From contig JAXSNR010000002.1 in assembly GCA_037925075.1 (NCBI GenBank), positions 416,001 to 480,000 of the forward strand: 64,000 nt of DNA, written 5' to 3'. Origin of the DNA: Aquificaceae bacterium (GTDB taxonomy: Bacteria; Aquificota; Aquificia; Aquificales; Aquificaceae). Below are positions 19,688-30,785 of this stretch, in pieces. The translations under genes were made by a program, and so were the position numbers. Position 1 is the stretch's first letter, and each line of letters starts with the position of its first letter. The notes beneath the pieces were generated by a model. The model searched no databases, was not told where the DNA came from, and worked only from the letters and a program-made list of their open reading frames with translations.

Positions 19688-22052
19688 GGTTTCTTACCTC
19701 TCTTGCGTAGGCTTCTATAAACTCCCTTCTTGGCTCCACCTCTTCACCCATCAGTATGGAAAAGATTCTGTCCGCTTCCGCCGCATCTTCTATGGTTACC
19801 TTTAAAAGCCTTCTTGTGGCTGGGTTCATGGTGGTTTCCCAAAGCTGTTCTGGGTTCATCTCTCCAAGACCTTTATATCTTTGTATTTCAAAGGACTCCT
19901 TTACCAACTCAACCACCTTTGAATAGAGGTCTTGCAGGCTTTCCACCTCTACAGATTTCTTCTCATAGAGTATCCTCACTGGAAACCTTACCCTTGAGCC
20001 TTCAAGAAGAGACTTGTAGGAGAGAGAAGACAGAAAATCAACATCTACCATGGTTCTTCTGCCTGCTATCTTGTCCTTGAAGATTATTTCGTAGGCGTCT
20101 TCAAGCCTGTCGTAGTGAATGTCTATAGCCATATCGGGGAGCTTCTCCTCAAGCTCCTTTATCTTTTCACTAAGGAGGGAAGAGTTTCTGAGAGTTTCTT
20201 CTGTAATGCCTACCGTAAGTAGGGCTCTTAGGATTTGCTCTCCTTTGAGCCTTGCCATGGCTTTATAGCCCTCTTCAATCTCCTTTACCTCCCTTAGGAC
20301 TTCTAAAAGCTGTTCTCCCTTGTATTCTGTCCCGCTCAGGTCTATAAGCGTTGCCTCCTCTTCAAGGGTCTTTAAAAGAATTGCTTCAAGCTCCCTGTCA
20401 TCCTTCACATACTGAACCTTTTTACCCTTCTTTATCCTGTAAAGGGGTGGCTGTGCTATGTACAGATGCCCTCCTTCTATAAGCCTTGGCATGTACCTGT
20501 AGAAGAAGGTAAGAAGAAGCGTCCTTATATGTGATCCATCCACATCCGCATCCGTCATCAGGATTATCTTGTGATATCTGAGTTTTGAAAGGTCTATGTC
20601 TTCTCCTATGCCACATCCAAGGGAGCTCACTATGGTTTTTATCTCTTCGTTAGAGAAGACTTTGTCAAGCCTTGCCTTTTCCACGTTGAGAATTTTCCCT
20701 CTAAGGGGTAGGATGGCTTGGGTTCTTCTGTCCCTTCCTTGCTTTGCGGAGCCTCCCGCAGACTCACCTTCCACTATGAATATTTCGCACTTGCTTGGGT
20801 CTTTCTCGGAGCAGTCCGCCAGTTTCCCTGGGAGGGATGAGTCTTCAAGGGGAGACTTTCTACGCACCAGTTCCTTTGCCTTCTTTGCCGCCTCCCTTGC
20901 AAGGGCAGCTTCTACCGCCTTTTCAACTATGAGCCTAAAGGTGTCCCTGTTGCTGTCAAAGTACTCTGACAAATATTCGTAGGTGATGGACTCCACCACA
21001 TTTTTCACGTTCTGATTTCCCAGCTTGGTTTTCGTCTGCCCTTCAAACTGGGGCTCTGGCACTTTGCAGGATATGACCGCCACGAGACCCTCTCTTAGGT
21101 CCTCTCCCGTTATGGTTTCCTTTAGCTCCTTCTGAAGCTTTATGTTGGGTAGGACCTTCATGACAGCCTTTGTAAGCCCAGACCTAAAGCCCGTCAGGTG
21201 AGTACCACCTTCTAAGGTTTTTATGTTATTTACAAAGGTTTCTACGGACTCTCTGTAGTCTTTGGTGTAGGTAAAGGCTATGTCTACATAAACTCCTTCC
21301 TTTTCACCGTTTATTCTAAGTATTTCCTCAAATAGAGGCTCTTTGCCGGCGGACAGAAATCTCACAAGGTCTTCTATACCCTTTTCAAACCTAAAGGTGA
21401 GCTCTTTACCGATCCTTTCATCTATGAGTTTAAAGGTGCAGCCTGGATTAAGGTATGCAAGCTCCCTTATGCGTCTTTCTACGATGTCAAACTTTATTTT
21501 GGTGGTTTCAAAGATCTCTGGGTCTGGCTTGAAAACCACCTTAGTCCCGCGTTTCGTGGTAGTGCCTACGAATTTTACCTCGTAAAGGGGCTCACCCCTT
21601 TTGTATTCCTGCTTGTAGATTTTTCCATCTCTATAGACCTCCACCATAAGCCACTCGGAGAGGGCATTCACCACCGACGCACCCACGCCGTGCAAACCGC
21701 CAGAGTATTTGTATGCCTTTTTGTCAAACTTCCCTCCCGCACCCAGCATGGTAAAGACCATCTGAACCGCGGGAATGCCCGTCTCTGGGTGTATATCTAC
21801 CGGTATGCCTCTTCCGTTGTCTTCTACGGTTATAGAGCCGTCCGCATGGATTATAACCGTTATATGGTTGGCATAACCTGCCATATGCTCATCCACTGCG
21901 TTGTCAAGGATTTCCCATATGAGGTGATGAAGACCCCTTTCCCCCACATCTCCTATGTACATGGAGGGCCTAAGTCTAACGTGCTGAAGACCGGTAACTG
22001 CTTTTATGTCTGTTGCTTGATAGTCAATGTTTTCTTCTCTTTTCTTTTCCAT
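19677..22052 (-). CDS. gyrB: type IIA topoisomerase subunit B
   Basis: RPSMYIG, EILDNAVDE, GLHGVG, EGESAGG, MTDADVDG and YKGLGEMNP. Confidence 0.96.
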   Translation of the reverse strand: MEKKREENIDYQATDIKAVTGLQHVRLRPSMYIGDVGERGLHHLIWEILDNAVDEHMAGYANHITVIIHADGSITVEDNGRGIPVDIHPETGIPAVQMVFTMLGAGGKFDKKAYKYSGGLHGVGASVVNALSEWLMVEVYRDGKIYKQEYKRGEPLYEVKFVGTTTKRGTKVVFKPDPEIFETTKIKFDIVERRIRELAYLNPGCTFKLIDERIGKELTFRFEKGIEDLVRFLSAGKEPLFEEILRINGEKEGVYVDIAFTYTKDYRESVETFVNNIKTLEGGTHLTGFRSGLTKAVMKVLPNIKLQKELKETITGEDLREGLVAVISCKVPEPQFEGQTKTKLGNQNVKNVVESITYEYLSEYFDSNRDTFRLIVEKAVEAALAREAAKKAKELVRRKSPLEDSSLPGKLADCSEKDPSKCEIFIVEGESAGGSAKQGRDRRTQAILPLRGKILNVEKARLDKVFSNEEIKTIVSSLGCGIGEDIDLSKLRYHKIILMTDADVDGSHIRTLLLTFFYRYMPRLIEGGHLYIAQPPLYRIKKGKKVQYVKDDRELEAILLKTLEEEATLIDLSGTEYKGEQLLEVLREVKEIEEGYKAMARLKGEQILRALLTVGITEETLRNSSLLSEKIKELEEKLPDMAIDIHYDRLEDAYEIIFKDKIAGRRTMVDVDFLSSLSYKSLLEGSRVRFPVRILYEKKSVEVESLQDLYSKVVELVKESFEIQRYKGLGEMNPEQLWETTMNPATRRLLKVTIEDAAEADRIFSILMGEEVEPRREFIEAYAREVRNLDV

Positions 22053-22062
22053 GTTTTTAAAA

Positions 22063-22138
22063 CACCCCCAGCGGGATTCGAACCCGCGATCTCCGCCTTG
22101 AAAGGGCGGTGTCCTAGACCGGGCTAGACGATGGGGGC
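22063..22138 (-). tRNA. tRNA-Glu (TTC)
   Basis: Reverse complement GCCCCCATCGTCTAG...CTTTCAA...GGTTCGAATCC cloverleaf. Confidence 0.95.
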
Positions 22139-22176
22139 TAAACTTTTATAGATTATAGCAGAGAAAGTGCTTTCTG

Positions 22177-23244
22177 TCAAGTGGTAGAACCTTCCTCATC
22201 AAGGTAGAAAACGTCATCGGATATGGGCTCGTTCCACCTTTTGAAGCCGGGCAGTGCTTCTATCCTGTACCATGCGGACCTGTACCAAACTCCGTTGGGG
22301 TGCCTTCTCACTGGGGCAACCTCCGCAGCCTTTGTCTCTGAGTGATAATCCCAAGTTATGTACGCGTTAAAGTCTTGAACTATGTCCGTTATGGCTACGC
22401 CAAATTCTGTGGTTAGGGATATCTGAAAGTCTCTCCAGCGAAAGACAGAAGAATCCCTAAGGGTAAGGCCAAAGTAGCCTACGCCTCCGTCTTCTCTTAA
22501 AGTGGCTATACCTCTACCTATAAAGGCTCTAAAGGCAGGTAAGGTCTCTGGTGGGTCCGAGACAAACACATCGTAATGACCCAGTATCTCCTGCGGGAAA
22601 GGGTTCCTAAGATCCCACACCTTAGCCTCTGCGTTGTCTATGCCAAGCTCCTTGAATATTCCGTTGTCAAAGTCAATAAGCCTTTTGTCTATGTCTATCA
22701 CAAGCACGCTACGGGCTTTTCTTGAAAGGGCTACCGCCAGGCCCGTAAGGTCATCCTCCGCACCAAGAACGAGAACATCCTTGTTTCTTAGGTCTCCCCT
22801 TGAGTCCATAAAAAGAACCCTTGTCACAGTGGTCTCTGGTGTAACGGAACCCTGATCATAGTCCCTTATGGCTTTGGGTCTGTCCTTTGTGATTTGAAGA
22901 AACTCTCTGTAAAACTCTATGTCCGCATAAAAGGGAATGCCTCTACCTTCGCACGCCTGACAGGTATAATCCACATAGGGCTCTATGCCCAGTTCTCTTA
23001 CAAGGTCAAAGCCCTTTTGCGTTAGCCTTATATTTTCTTCATCATCTATAAAGGCTATCCCTCTCTCCACAAGCGTGTTCACTATACCAGAGGCGGCAGG
23101 TACGGGAAGGTCTGACATATCCACTATTTCCCAAAAGTCTCCACTTTTAAGAAGTGCGGACAGCACACGCTCTATGTTCTTTTTATAGACCCTAACACCG
23201 CCTAATTCCCTTGCTCTATTGGCAAGTTCAACGAGGATGTTCAA
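22177..23244 (-). CDS. bpsA: N4-bis(aminopropyl)spermidine synthase (branched-chain polyamine synthase)
   Basis: CxxCEGRG, YDQG, GAEDDLT and DPPET (DUF43 fold). Confidence 0.85.
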   Translation of the reverse strand: MNILVELANRARELGGVRVYKKNIERVLSALLKSGDFWEIVDMSDLPVPAASGIVNTLVERGIAFIDDEENIRLTQKGFDLVRELGIEPYVDYTCQACEGRGIPFYADIEFYREFLQITKDRPKAIRDYDQGSVTPETTVTRVLFMDSRGDLRNKDVLVLGAEDDLTGLAVALSRKARSVLVIDIDKRLIDFDNGIFKELGIDNAEAKVWDLRNPFPQEILGHYDVFVSDPPETLPAFRAFIGRGIATLREDGGVGYFGLTLRDSSVFRWRDFQISLTTEFGVAITDIVQDFNAYITWDYHSETKAAEVAPVRRHPNGVWYRSAWYRIEALPGFKRWNEPISDDVFYLDEEGSTT

Positions 23245-23303
23245 TACACCACCTCCAATCTAAGAGTTAAGCTATATAATTATAGCACAATTAGGAGGCT
23301 TTT

Positions 23304-23948
23304 ATGAAAGTGCAAAAACCACTAAGAGAAGTACCCCAAGACCCAAAAAAACTTGAGCCCTTTTTGGACTGGCAGGAGCTTTCTCCAAGCTTTGAGACTC
23401 TGTCCTTTGGAGATTGCACTCTTCTTATCGCAACCATAGAAGATGAGGAGTTTGATAAGCTACTGCATATATTCCAAAGTAGAGAAGAGGCTATGGGAGC
23501 CTTTCTTAGCGTTGCCATGGAGCATGGTTGGGAAGAGGTCCCCCAAACCTATTGCATATACCATGCTCAGGAAGTGGATGGGAAGCTTATCGCTGGTGTA
23601 AAGCTTAAAGATCAGGTGAGCTTTTACGAACAGACAACGGTGGAACAGTTGGCTCAGATACTGGCAAAGGTCCATAGGGTTGTGGTCTATTCCTCTGAAG
23701 TGCTTACCTACATAAAGGACATATATCCAGATATTGACCACAAAACCTATTCCATAGCAAGGGAGATAGCCAAAAGGCTTGGTAAAGCTCCTGAGTTTGA
23801 AGACTTGGGAAAGATATACGGTATGCCCTTTGAAAGCCTTGAGGAAAAGCTAAATCTAATAGAAAGGCTACTTGAAAACCCAGTGAGGACGCCTTACGGT
23901 GAGGTGGAGCTACCTCCTTATAGCTATCCCTTGGTGGGATGTGAGTAA
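23304..23948 (+). CDS. hypothetical protein
   Basis: 214-aa ORF with AGGAGG SD; no motif recognised. Confidence 0.7.
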   Translation: MKVQKPLREVPQDPKKLEPFLDWQELSPSFETLSFGDCTLLIATIEDEEFDKLLHIFQSREEAMGAFLSVAMEHGWEEVPQTYCIYHAQEVDGKLIAGVKLKDQVSFYEQTTVEQLAQILAKVHRVVVYSSEVLTYIKDIYPDIDHKTYSIAREIAKRLGKAPEFEDLGKIYGMPFESLEEKLNLIERLLENPVRTPYGEVELPPYSYPLVGCE

Positions 23949-24139
23949 AGGGTGGTGGTGAAACTGCTAAGGTCTACTTTTCTTTCTTTTAGCCATAAGA
24001 TTTCCACACCCACCACATTCCCCTCAGCATCTTAATCAACGAATATGTCCTCCGCCACCTCTTTTGTAGTTTCCACACGAAAGCCTTCTCTGAGGTATAG
24101 ATAAACCGCATCCGCCACTGGGTCGTAGGTTAGCCTCAT
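23924..24139 (-). pseudogene. DUF2283-family (putative antitoxin) gene with an internal stop
   Basis: MRLTYDPVADAVYLYL...DIFVD*DAEGNVVGVEI; in-frame TAA at 24032-24034; ATGA overlap with the upstream gene; absent from the ORF track. Confidence 0.8.
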
Positions 24140-24354
24140 TTTAAATAATAATATAAACTATTAACCTTGACCTCCTTATCCTGATAAAATTTCCCACCGA
24201 ACGTGTTATTATAAGGAAACCTTTTTATGTAGCTAACTTTGCCTTCTTTTTCTTCCTGCTGAATACCCCTTAGGATACATTCTATAACCTCTTCTTCTTT
24301 TACATTTCTTTCTAACATCCTTTCTTGAGCATGTTTAGTGAATTTTATATTCAT
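24136..24354 (-). CDS. DUF4258-family (RelE-like putative toxin), probably internally deleted
   Basis: IKFTKHAQERMLERNV motif; C-terminus looks shortened. Confidence 0.7.
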   Translation of the reverse strand: MNIKFTKHAQERMLERNVKEEEVIECILRGIQQEEKEGKVSYIKRFPYNNTFGGKFYQDKEVKVNSLYYYLK

Positions 24355-24464
24355 GAATTTGATTATCAAAGGGCACATATCACCTTAGCAAGTTTTATGA
24401 ATAAAATTTGTGCTAAGCTTAGGTGTTAATGTCCTAACATTAGGCTTATCCGAATAAATTGTTT

Positions 24465-25070
24465 CTAAAGAAATTTCTCAAGCACCCCCATTACTTCCAC
24501 CTTTTTGTTTCTGTAGCTTGCCCTGTTGCAAACCAGCATGGCGGTGGAAGTGGTTATTTCTTCTATGACCACAAGGTTGTTTTCTCTTAGGGTCTTTCCC
24601 GTCTGTACCAAATCTACGATAAAGTCCGAAAGTCCAATAAGAGGTGCAAGCTCCACAGAACCGCTAAGAGGAATTACCTTACACTTAATGCCCTTTTCTG
24701 AGAAAAACTCCTGAGTTATGCGTGGATACTTGGTGGCAACCCTTAGGTATGAGCTTGTGAGATATTTCTCTCTGTTTTCTTCCTTTCCCGCCACCACTAT
24801 CCTACAAAAGCCTACTCCAAGGTCAAAAAGCACATAAAGGTCTGGTTTTTTCTCCATTAATACATCCCTCCCGGCCACTCCAAGGTCTGCCACCCCGTTT
24901 TCCACATAAACGGGCACATCGGAGGGTTTTACAAGAAGAAACTCATAATCCCCAACTCTTATACTGAGCCTTCTTCCCTCTTCAAAGCCCTCTTGTATTA
25001 TTCCTTTCTTCAGAAAAAGGTCAAGGGTTTCCCCAAAGAGCCTGCCTTTTGGTAGAGCTATCTTTAACAT
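24465..25070 (-). CDS. hisG: ATP phosphoribosyltransferase (short form)
   Basis: IALPKGRL, VATKYP, GSVELAP and DLVQTGKTLREN. Confidence 0.95.
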   Translation of the reverse strand: MLKIALPKGRLFGETLDLFLKKGIIQEGFEEGRRLSIRVGDYEFLLVKPSDVPVYVENGVADLGVAGRDVLMEKKPDLYVLFDLGVGFCRIVVAGKEENREKYLTSSYLRVATKYPRITQEFFSEKGIKCKVIPLSGSVELAPLIGLSDFIVDLVQTGKTLRENNLVVIEEITTSTAMLVCNRASYRNKKVEVMGVLEKFL

Positions 25071-25086
25071 GGCTTAAAGTATAACA

Positions 25087-25770
25087 TCACAAAGCCCTCA
25101 GGGTTAGGTCTCCCACATTAAAGGACCGTATGCCCTCTTGGGTGAGCAAAAGCAAGCTACCTTTTTCGGAAATGCCCTTTAGAATGCCCACTACTGGCTC
25201 TGGAGTGTAAAGCACAACCTCCTCATCCTTGAAAAGAAGCCTGTCTTCTATGGCTTCTTTGAAGGCTTTAAAACCAAAGGCTTGTAGCTTCTCTAAATCT
25301 CCTTCAAGCTGTCCCAAAAGACCCAAAAGGAAATCCACCTTATCAAAGGTCTTACCACTTATAAGTCTTAGAGATGTGGCGTCAAGGTCCTTGGGAAAGT
25401 CTTCCTGATTGAGGTTTATTCCAACCCCCACCACTATCTTGTCCCTTAGTCTTTCTGTTAGAACACCGCATACCTTTTTTCCACCCACATACACATCATT
25501 GACCCACTTTACCGCAGGCATAAAACCAAGCCCTCTAATGTATGACGCAAGGGAATGAGCTATCACAAGGGGTAGGGTCATCTCATCTCTCATGCCCGTA
25601 AAAAGGCAGAAGCTAAGGTAAAGCCCTCCTTCTGGAGAGTGCCATTGCCTTCCCATCCTCCCACGACCGGCGGTCTGTCTGTTTGCCACCACCACAGAGC
25701 CCACGGAAAGCCTTTTGGCTATCTCCTGAGTGGAAGAGACTTTTTCAAGCCATAGCAGGCTTTTTAGCAT
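25087..25770 (-). CDS. birA: biotin-[acetyl-CoA-carboxylase] ligase
   Basis: QTAGRGRMGRQW, KWVND, KVCGVL and GVGIN. Confidence 0.93.
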   Translation of the reverse strand: MLKSLLWLEKVSSTQEIAKRLSVGSVVVANRQTAGRGRMGRQWHSPEGGLYLSFCLFTGMRDEMTLPLVIAHSLASYIRGLGFMPAVKWVNDVYVGGKKVCGVLTERLRDKIVVGVGINLNQEDFPKDLDATSLRLISGKTFDKVDFLLGLLGQLEGDLEKLQAFGFKAFKEAIEDRLLFKDEEVVLYTPEPVVGILKGISEKGSLLLLTQEGIRSFNVGDLTLRAL

Positions 25771-27035
25771 ACATTGAATTTTACCCTTAGAAAGTGCGTC
25801 GCACAGGATATGCAAGGGTCAAAGCTTCTTATCATAGGCTCAGCATTATCCCTTAGCCATGTCTCCTCAAGGTTGTGGTAGTCTTTTATAAGCTCCCAAA
25901 GGGAAAGCTCTATCGCCCTCTGGTTTTGGGATGTGGGTGGCACTATGTCCGCACTGATTATTTTGCCCTCTTGGTCAAAGGAGTAGTGGTGCCATAGGAT
26001 TCCCCTCGGAGCTTCGGAAACTCCGTAGCCCTCTGACCCTTTTGGCTTTATCTCCACCTTGCTTTTTTCAGGTTTCTTGTAGTTTTTTACCATCTCAAGA
26101 GCCTTCTCAAGGGCATGCACCATCTCCACAACCCTAACCAGTAAGCTGATGTAAGGGTTTCTAACTGGAGGTTCAAGCTCAAGCTTTTTGGCTGTTTCCA
26201 TGGCAAGAGATGAAAGCTTTTCAAAGGCGTTGTTAAAACGTGAAAGGGATCCAACCACATAAACCCTTCCGTCCCTTGTCATGGCATGCTTGGCGGTGGA
26301 ATAGGGGACCTCAAACTCCACAAAAAACTCCTTAAAGTCCCTTGGACTTATTCTTTGACCTTCAAAGTATATGTCTCCCTTCAAAATGGGGTATTCTTCT
26401 TCCATCAAAGATACAAAGAGCACATCTCTAAGTTCAAAGCTTGGAAAGTCAAGCCTTTTAAGTTTTTCCGCAGTCCATAGGGTTTTTTCAAGGGCTTTCT
26501 CAAGGGGCTCCACAAGAGAGGCTAAGCTCTCTGGAAGATCACTAAAGCCACCGGGGACTACGGAAACTGGATGGGAGGTCCTGCCTCCAAGGGTTTGGAT
26601 TATAAGGCTTCCAGCCCTCTTTATCTCCATTCCCGCAAGCACAAGCTCTTTGTCTATCTTTGAAAGCTCAAGGATTGAGGGAACTCCAAAGAAGTCTGGA
26701 AGATGTAAGAAAAACACATGCAAGGCATGACTTTGGACCCACTCTCCAAAGTACATGAGCCTTCTAACCTTCTCTATATCCTCTGGAACTTTGACGCCAA
26801 AGGCGTCCTCCACCGCCTGAACACCGCTCATCTGATAGGCGACAGGGCATATTCCACATATGCGTGCGGTGATATCTGGAATAACATGGTAGGGCTTTCC
26901 AGCAAGTATGCCCTCTATAAACCTTGGAGGCTCGTATATAGAAAGGTGTAGCTTTTGGGGTCTTCCCTCCTTCAAAAACACCTCAAGGCTACCCTCTCCT
27001 TCCACCCTTGTGAGAGCTTCTACCTTTATCTTCAT
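25764..27035 (-). CDS. hydA: group 3b [NiFe]-hydrogenase (sulfhydrogenase) large/alpha subunit
   Basis: TRVEGEG, RICGICP (L1) and DPCISCATH (L2). Confidence 0.9.
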   Translation of the reverse strand: MKIKVEALTRVEGEGSLEVFLKEGRPQKLHLSIYEPPRFIEGILAGKPYHVIPDITARICGICPVAYQMSGVQAVEDAFGVKVPEDIEKVRRLMYFGEWVQSHALHVFFLHLPDFFGVPSILELSKIDKELVLAGMEIKRAGSLIIQTLGGRTSHPVSVVPGGFSDLPESLASLVEPLEKALEKTLWTAEKLKRLDFPSFELRDVLFVSLMEEEYPILKGDIYFEGQRISPRDFKEFFVEFEVPYSTAKHAMTRDGRVYVVGSLSRFNNAFEKLSSLAMETAKKLELEPPVRNPYISLLVRVVEMVHALEKALEMVKNYKKPEKSKVEIKPKGSEGYGVSEAPRGILWHHYSFDQEGKIISADIVPPTSQNQRAIELSLWELIKDYHNLEETWLRDNAEPMIRSFDPCISCATHFLRVKFNVC

Positions 27036-27775
27036 AGCCACTCTCTTATGTTTTTATTGTAGCCGTTAAAAGAAACCCTTAGAAGCTCCTTAAGAGTGTC
27101 TTCGCATATTCCCAATCTACTGTATCCTTCCACAAGGGCTTGGAGGTTTGGATTTCCCACAGGTCCATAACAGCCATAGCATCCTCTCTTATAGCTTGGA
27201 CACAAGGCTCCACAACCCGCCATGGTTATAGGTCCAAGGCATACAAGCCCATAGGCAACCACCACGCATGGATTTCCCCTTCTTTTGCACTCAAGACAGA
27301 GAGGATAATTAGGGACCTGAGGAGTTCTACCGTGCAAAATAGCGGTTATGACCTCTTTAAGGCTATTTTTGTCTATGGGACACCCTCTTATCTCCAAATC
27401 CACCTTTACAAAGTCAGAGATGGGTCTTGAGAGGTGATTGACCTCGTATTTTTCAGAATACACGGAGGAGTAAAGCTTGGAAAAGTCTTGAAAGTTCCTC
27501 GCGGACTGAATGCCTCCAGAAACCGCACATGCACCTATGGCTATAAGAAGTTTTGAGCTTTCCCTTATTCTTTTAATTCTTTCCTCTTCCTCTGGAGTTG
27601 AAACAGAGCCTTCCACAAAGGCAAGGTCAAAATAGCTCCATCTGTTTGAAGAGCTTGCCTCAAGGAAGTACTCTATGCTCAGAATTTCCGAAAGCCTAAG
27701 TAACTCTTCCTCAAAATCAAAAAAGGCAAGCTGACAGCCATCGCAGGAAGAGAACTTAAAAACTCCAACCTTCAT
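27032..27775 (-). CDS. hydD: group 3b hydrogenase small/delta subunit
   Basis: SCDGC, GACAVSGG, GCP and Cys-rich C-terminus. Confidence 0.88.
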   Translation of the reverse strand: MKVGVFKFSSCDGCQLAFFDFEEELLRLSEILSIEYFLEASSSNRWSYFDLAFVEGSVSTPEEEERIKRIRESSKLLIAIGACAVSGGIQSARNFQDFSKLYSSVYSEKYEVNHLSRPISDFVKVDLEIRGCPIDKNSLKEVITAILHGRTPQVPNYPLCLECKRRGNPCVVVAYGLVCLGPITMAGCGALCPSYKRGCYGCYGPVGNPNLQALVEGYSRLGICEDTLKELLRVSFNGYNKNIREWL

Positions 27776-28572
27776 ACCTCTTTCCTCTCAAAGTATTCTC
27801 TTATAAGGTCATACCTAAATATGGGACCATCCTTGCAAACAAAATAGGGACCTATCATACAGTGCCCGCATGTTCCAACAGAGCATTTCATATGCCTTTC
27901 AAGGGATGCGTATATATTACTAAGGGGTATGCCCTTTTCCTGTAGCACCTTAACGCAGGCTTTTACCATAGGATCAGGTCCGCAGGCAAAAACTATAGCA
28001 TCCTTCTCAAGGTCTATATCTCTGAGAAGCTCCGTTATAAGCCCTACCTTGCCCTTCCACCTTTGGTCTGGCTTGTCAAGGGTTATGTAAAACTCCGCCT
28101 TTGAACTCCATTCTTGGTAAAGATATCTGTAAAGAAGGCTATCGTAGTCCTTTGAGCCGTAAAGATGGACAAGTCTTTTTATGGGTTTTTTCATAGCTTC
28201 TTCAAAGACCCACCTTGTAGCCGCAAGCCCAAGACCACCGGAGAGTATGAGAAGGGTTCTCCCGTAAGCCCTTTCAAGCTCCCACACATTGCCATAAGGA
28301 CCTCTCCAATAAAGAAGGTTTCCTTCCCTTAGCTGGTCTATATGTTTTGTTACATCGCCTACCGCTCTTACCGTATGAACCATATAGTTGTCTCCCATGC
28401 TTGCTATGGTGATGGGTGCCTCTCCCATGCCAAAGGCGTACAGCATGTTATACTGCCCCGGCAAAGCATACTCCCAAGCTTCTATATGAAAGGTATAAAC
28501 GCCTTCGCATTCCTTTATAACCTTTAGAACCTTTCCAGCCTTCAAGGTGTAAGGGTTTTCAAGAGTAGGCAA
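27772..28572 (-). CDS. hydG: group 3b hydrogenase FAD/NAD(P)-binding gamma subunit
   Basis: [28 protein letters not shown] and CKDGP. Confidence 0.88.
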   Translation of the reverse strand: MPTLENPYTLKAGKVLKVIKECEGVYTFHIEAWEYALPGQYNMLYAFGMGEAPITIASMGDNYMVHTVRAVGDVTKHIDQLREGNLLYWRGPYGNVWELERAYGRTLLILSGGLGLAATRWVFEEAMKKPIKRLVHLYGSKDYDSLLYRYLYQEWSSKAEFYITLDKPDQRWKGKVGLITELLRDIDLEKDAIVFACGPDPMVKACVKVLQEKGIPLSNIYASLERHMKCSVGTCGHCMIGPYFVCKDGPIFRYDLIREYFERKEV

Positions 28573-29662
28573 CTCTTTTTACCTCCTCCCTCAGGTCTAT
28601 ACCCACTGGACACCAAGTTATGCACCTACCACAGCCCACACAGCCAAAGGTGCCAAACTGGTCCACCCAATAGGCAAACTTGTGCATAAGCCACTGCCTG
28701 TATCTTGAATGTATGCTCTGTCTTAGGTTAAAGCGATGGACTGTAGCAAAAGAAGGTGAAAAGCAAGAGTCCCAAACCCTTATTCTTTGGCTTTCTTTTA
28801 GCTCAAGGTGGTTCTTCTCAATGATATCAAAGCAAAAACATGTGGGGCATGCCTGCGTGCAAGAGGTACAGGCAAGACAGCGCTTTTCTATATGCTCCCA
28901 ATAGCTTGAGGCCATCCTTTCGTAAAGCCTCTGCGTGAGGCCCTCTGTCTGAAAAGGGATGTTCATCATAGCCTCTGTTTTTTTAAGTATTTCCTTCTTC
29001 TCCTCAAAGTGTCTCTTTTCCGCCTCCTTTTTGTTTTTAATACCTTCTAAGATGTATCTGCCCTTTTCTGAGCCCACTTCTACCAGAAAGCCTTCGGCAA
29101 GCTCAGTTATAAGAAGGTCGTAGCCCTGCTTTACTTCTGGACCTGTTCCCATGGTGGTACAAAAGCAATTTGAAGTAGCATAGGAGCAATTTACCGCGAT
29201 CACAAAAAGGCTTTCCCTTAGGCTCGCATAGTAGGGGTCGGGATGGGGGTTTTTGTAAAGAAAGACCGTATCAAGCACCTTCAAAGCGGACAGATCACAG
29301 GCTCTTACATCAAAAAAGCAAAAGTTTCCCTTTGGTATTTCCATCTCAAAGCTTAGCCTTCCATCCTCTTTGACCACCTTCATAAGGGTAAGCTCTGGGG
29401 GATGTAGGAAGTTTTTTAGGGAGTTGTAAGGATGTGTGTAGGAAAAGTAGCCTTGGGACTTTTCAAAGGCATAAAAGCCTGGAGTTTCCACATTCCTGTA
29501 GCCAAAGGGAAGGCTTTCAAAACTTTCCGCCTCAGAATAGGCTATAAGCCCATCTTTAAGCTTTGGAGCTATAACCTTGTATTCTTCTTTTAGTCTTTCA
29601 AAGAGCTCTTTAAGTCCATCAACCTCTAAGAGGTAGCTTCCGCCTTCTCCCTTGCCCTCCAC
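28559..29662 (-). CDS. hydB: group 3b hydrogenase 4Fe-4S beta subunit
   Basis: [16 protein letters not shown] and [12 protein letters not shown]. Confidence 0.88.
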   Translation of the reverse strand: MEGKGEGGSYLLEVDGLKELFERLKEEYKVIAPKLKDGLIAYSEAESFESLPFGYRNVETPGFYAFEKSQGYFSYTHPYNSLKNFLHPPELTLMKVVKEDGRLSFEMEIPKGNFCFFDVRACDLSALKVLDTVFLYKNPHPDPYYASLRESLFVIAVNCSYATSNCFCTTMGTGPEVKQGYDLLITELAEGFLVEVGSEKGRYILEGIKNKKEAEKRHFEEKKEILKKTEAMMNIPFQTEGLTQRLYERMASSYWEHIEKRCLACTSCTQACPTCFCFDIIEKNHLELKESQRIRVWDSCFSPSFATVHRFNLRQSIHSRYRQWLMHKFAYWVDQFGTFGCVGCGRCITWCPVGIDLREEVKRVAYS

Positions 29663-30741
29663 CTTAGGTACTCCTCTATAAAGGGGTCTATCTCACCATC
29701 CATCACCGCCGAGACATTGCCCACTTCAAGCCCAGTTCTTAGGTCCTTTACAAGCTGGTAGGGTTGAAAGATGTAAGACCTAATCTGATAGCCCCAGCCT
29801 ATTTCTGTCTTTTCACCTTCAAGGGCTTTTTTCTTCTCCTCAAGCTTTTGAAGTTCAAGCTGGTAAAGTTTTGCCTTTAGAAGCTCAAGGGCTTTTAGCC
29901 TGTTTTGAAGCTGAGACCTTTCCTGCTGACAGGATACCACTATACCAGTGGGTTTGTGCCTGAGCCTTACAGCGGTGTCTGTCTTATTCACATACTGACC
30001 TCCCGCTCCGCTTGCCCTAAAGGTTTCCATCTCAATGTCCTCTTCCCTTATCTCTATGTTTATGGCTTCGTCTATCTGAGGCATAACGTTTACGGACGCA
30101 AAAGAAGTATGTCTTCTTGCGTTGGCATCAAAGGGGGAGATTCTCACAAGCCTATGTACTCCATGCTCACCCTTTAGGTAGCCGTAGGCATACGGACCCT
30201 TTATCAAGATGGTTGCACTCTTTATGCCTGCCACATCGTCGGGGTTTATATCCACCACTTCCACCTCGTAGCCATGCCTTTCCGCCCACCGCCTGTACAT
30301 CCTAAAAAGCATGCTTGCCCAATCGCAAGCCTCCACACCACCCGCACCCGCCTGAACGGTAAGGTATGCGTTTTTGGAGTCCATCTCCTCCGACAGAAAA
30401 GCCCTTATCTCAAGGTCCTTTATAGGCTTTTCTATCTTTTCCAACTCTTCCATAAGCATCTGCAAGGTGTCCAAGTCTTCTTCCGAGGTCATTCCAAGTA
30501 TCTCTTCCACATCCTCCAGAGTTCTTTGGATGTTCTCAAGCTCCTTTATGTTTTCTTCTAACCATCTCCTCCTTTGAGTTAGACTTTTTGCCTTTTCCGC
30601 ATCCTCCCAGAAGTCCGCAAGAGACATGCTTTTGTCTATGCTTTCCAACTCTTCTTTAAGAGCCTGAAGGTTCATGGTGGATTTTATATCCTCAAACTTA
30701 GCCTTTAGCTCCTCAAGCTTTTCTCTTATCTCCGCCATCAT
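29626..30741 (-). CDS. prfB: peptide chain release factor 2
   Basis: SPF recognition motif, GGQ and [10 protein letters not shown]. Confidence 0.96.
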   Translation of the reverse strand: MMAEIREKLEELKAKFEDIKSTMNLQALKEELESIDKSMSLADFWEDAEKAKSLTQRRRWLEENIKELENIQRTLEDVEEILGMTSEEDLDTLQMLMEELEKIEKPIKDLEIRAFLSEEMDSKNAYLTVQAGAGGVEACDWASMLFRMYRRWAERHGYEVEVVDINPDDVAGIKSATILIKGPYAYGYLKGEHGVHRLVRISPFDANARRHTSFASVNVMPQIDEAINIEIREEDIEMETFRASGAGGQYVNKTDTAVRLRHKPTGIVVSCQQERSQLQNRLKALELLKAKLYQLELQKLEEKKKALEGEKTEIGWGYQIRSYIFQPYQLVKDLRTGLEVGNVSAVMDGEIDPFIEEYLRWRAREKAEATS

Positions 30742-30785
30742 AGGAGTTTAATATAATTCAATTTTAAACCCTGTGGAGGTATAAA

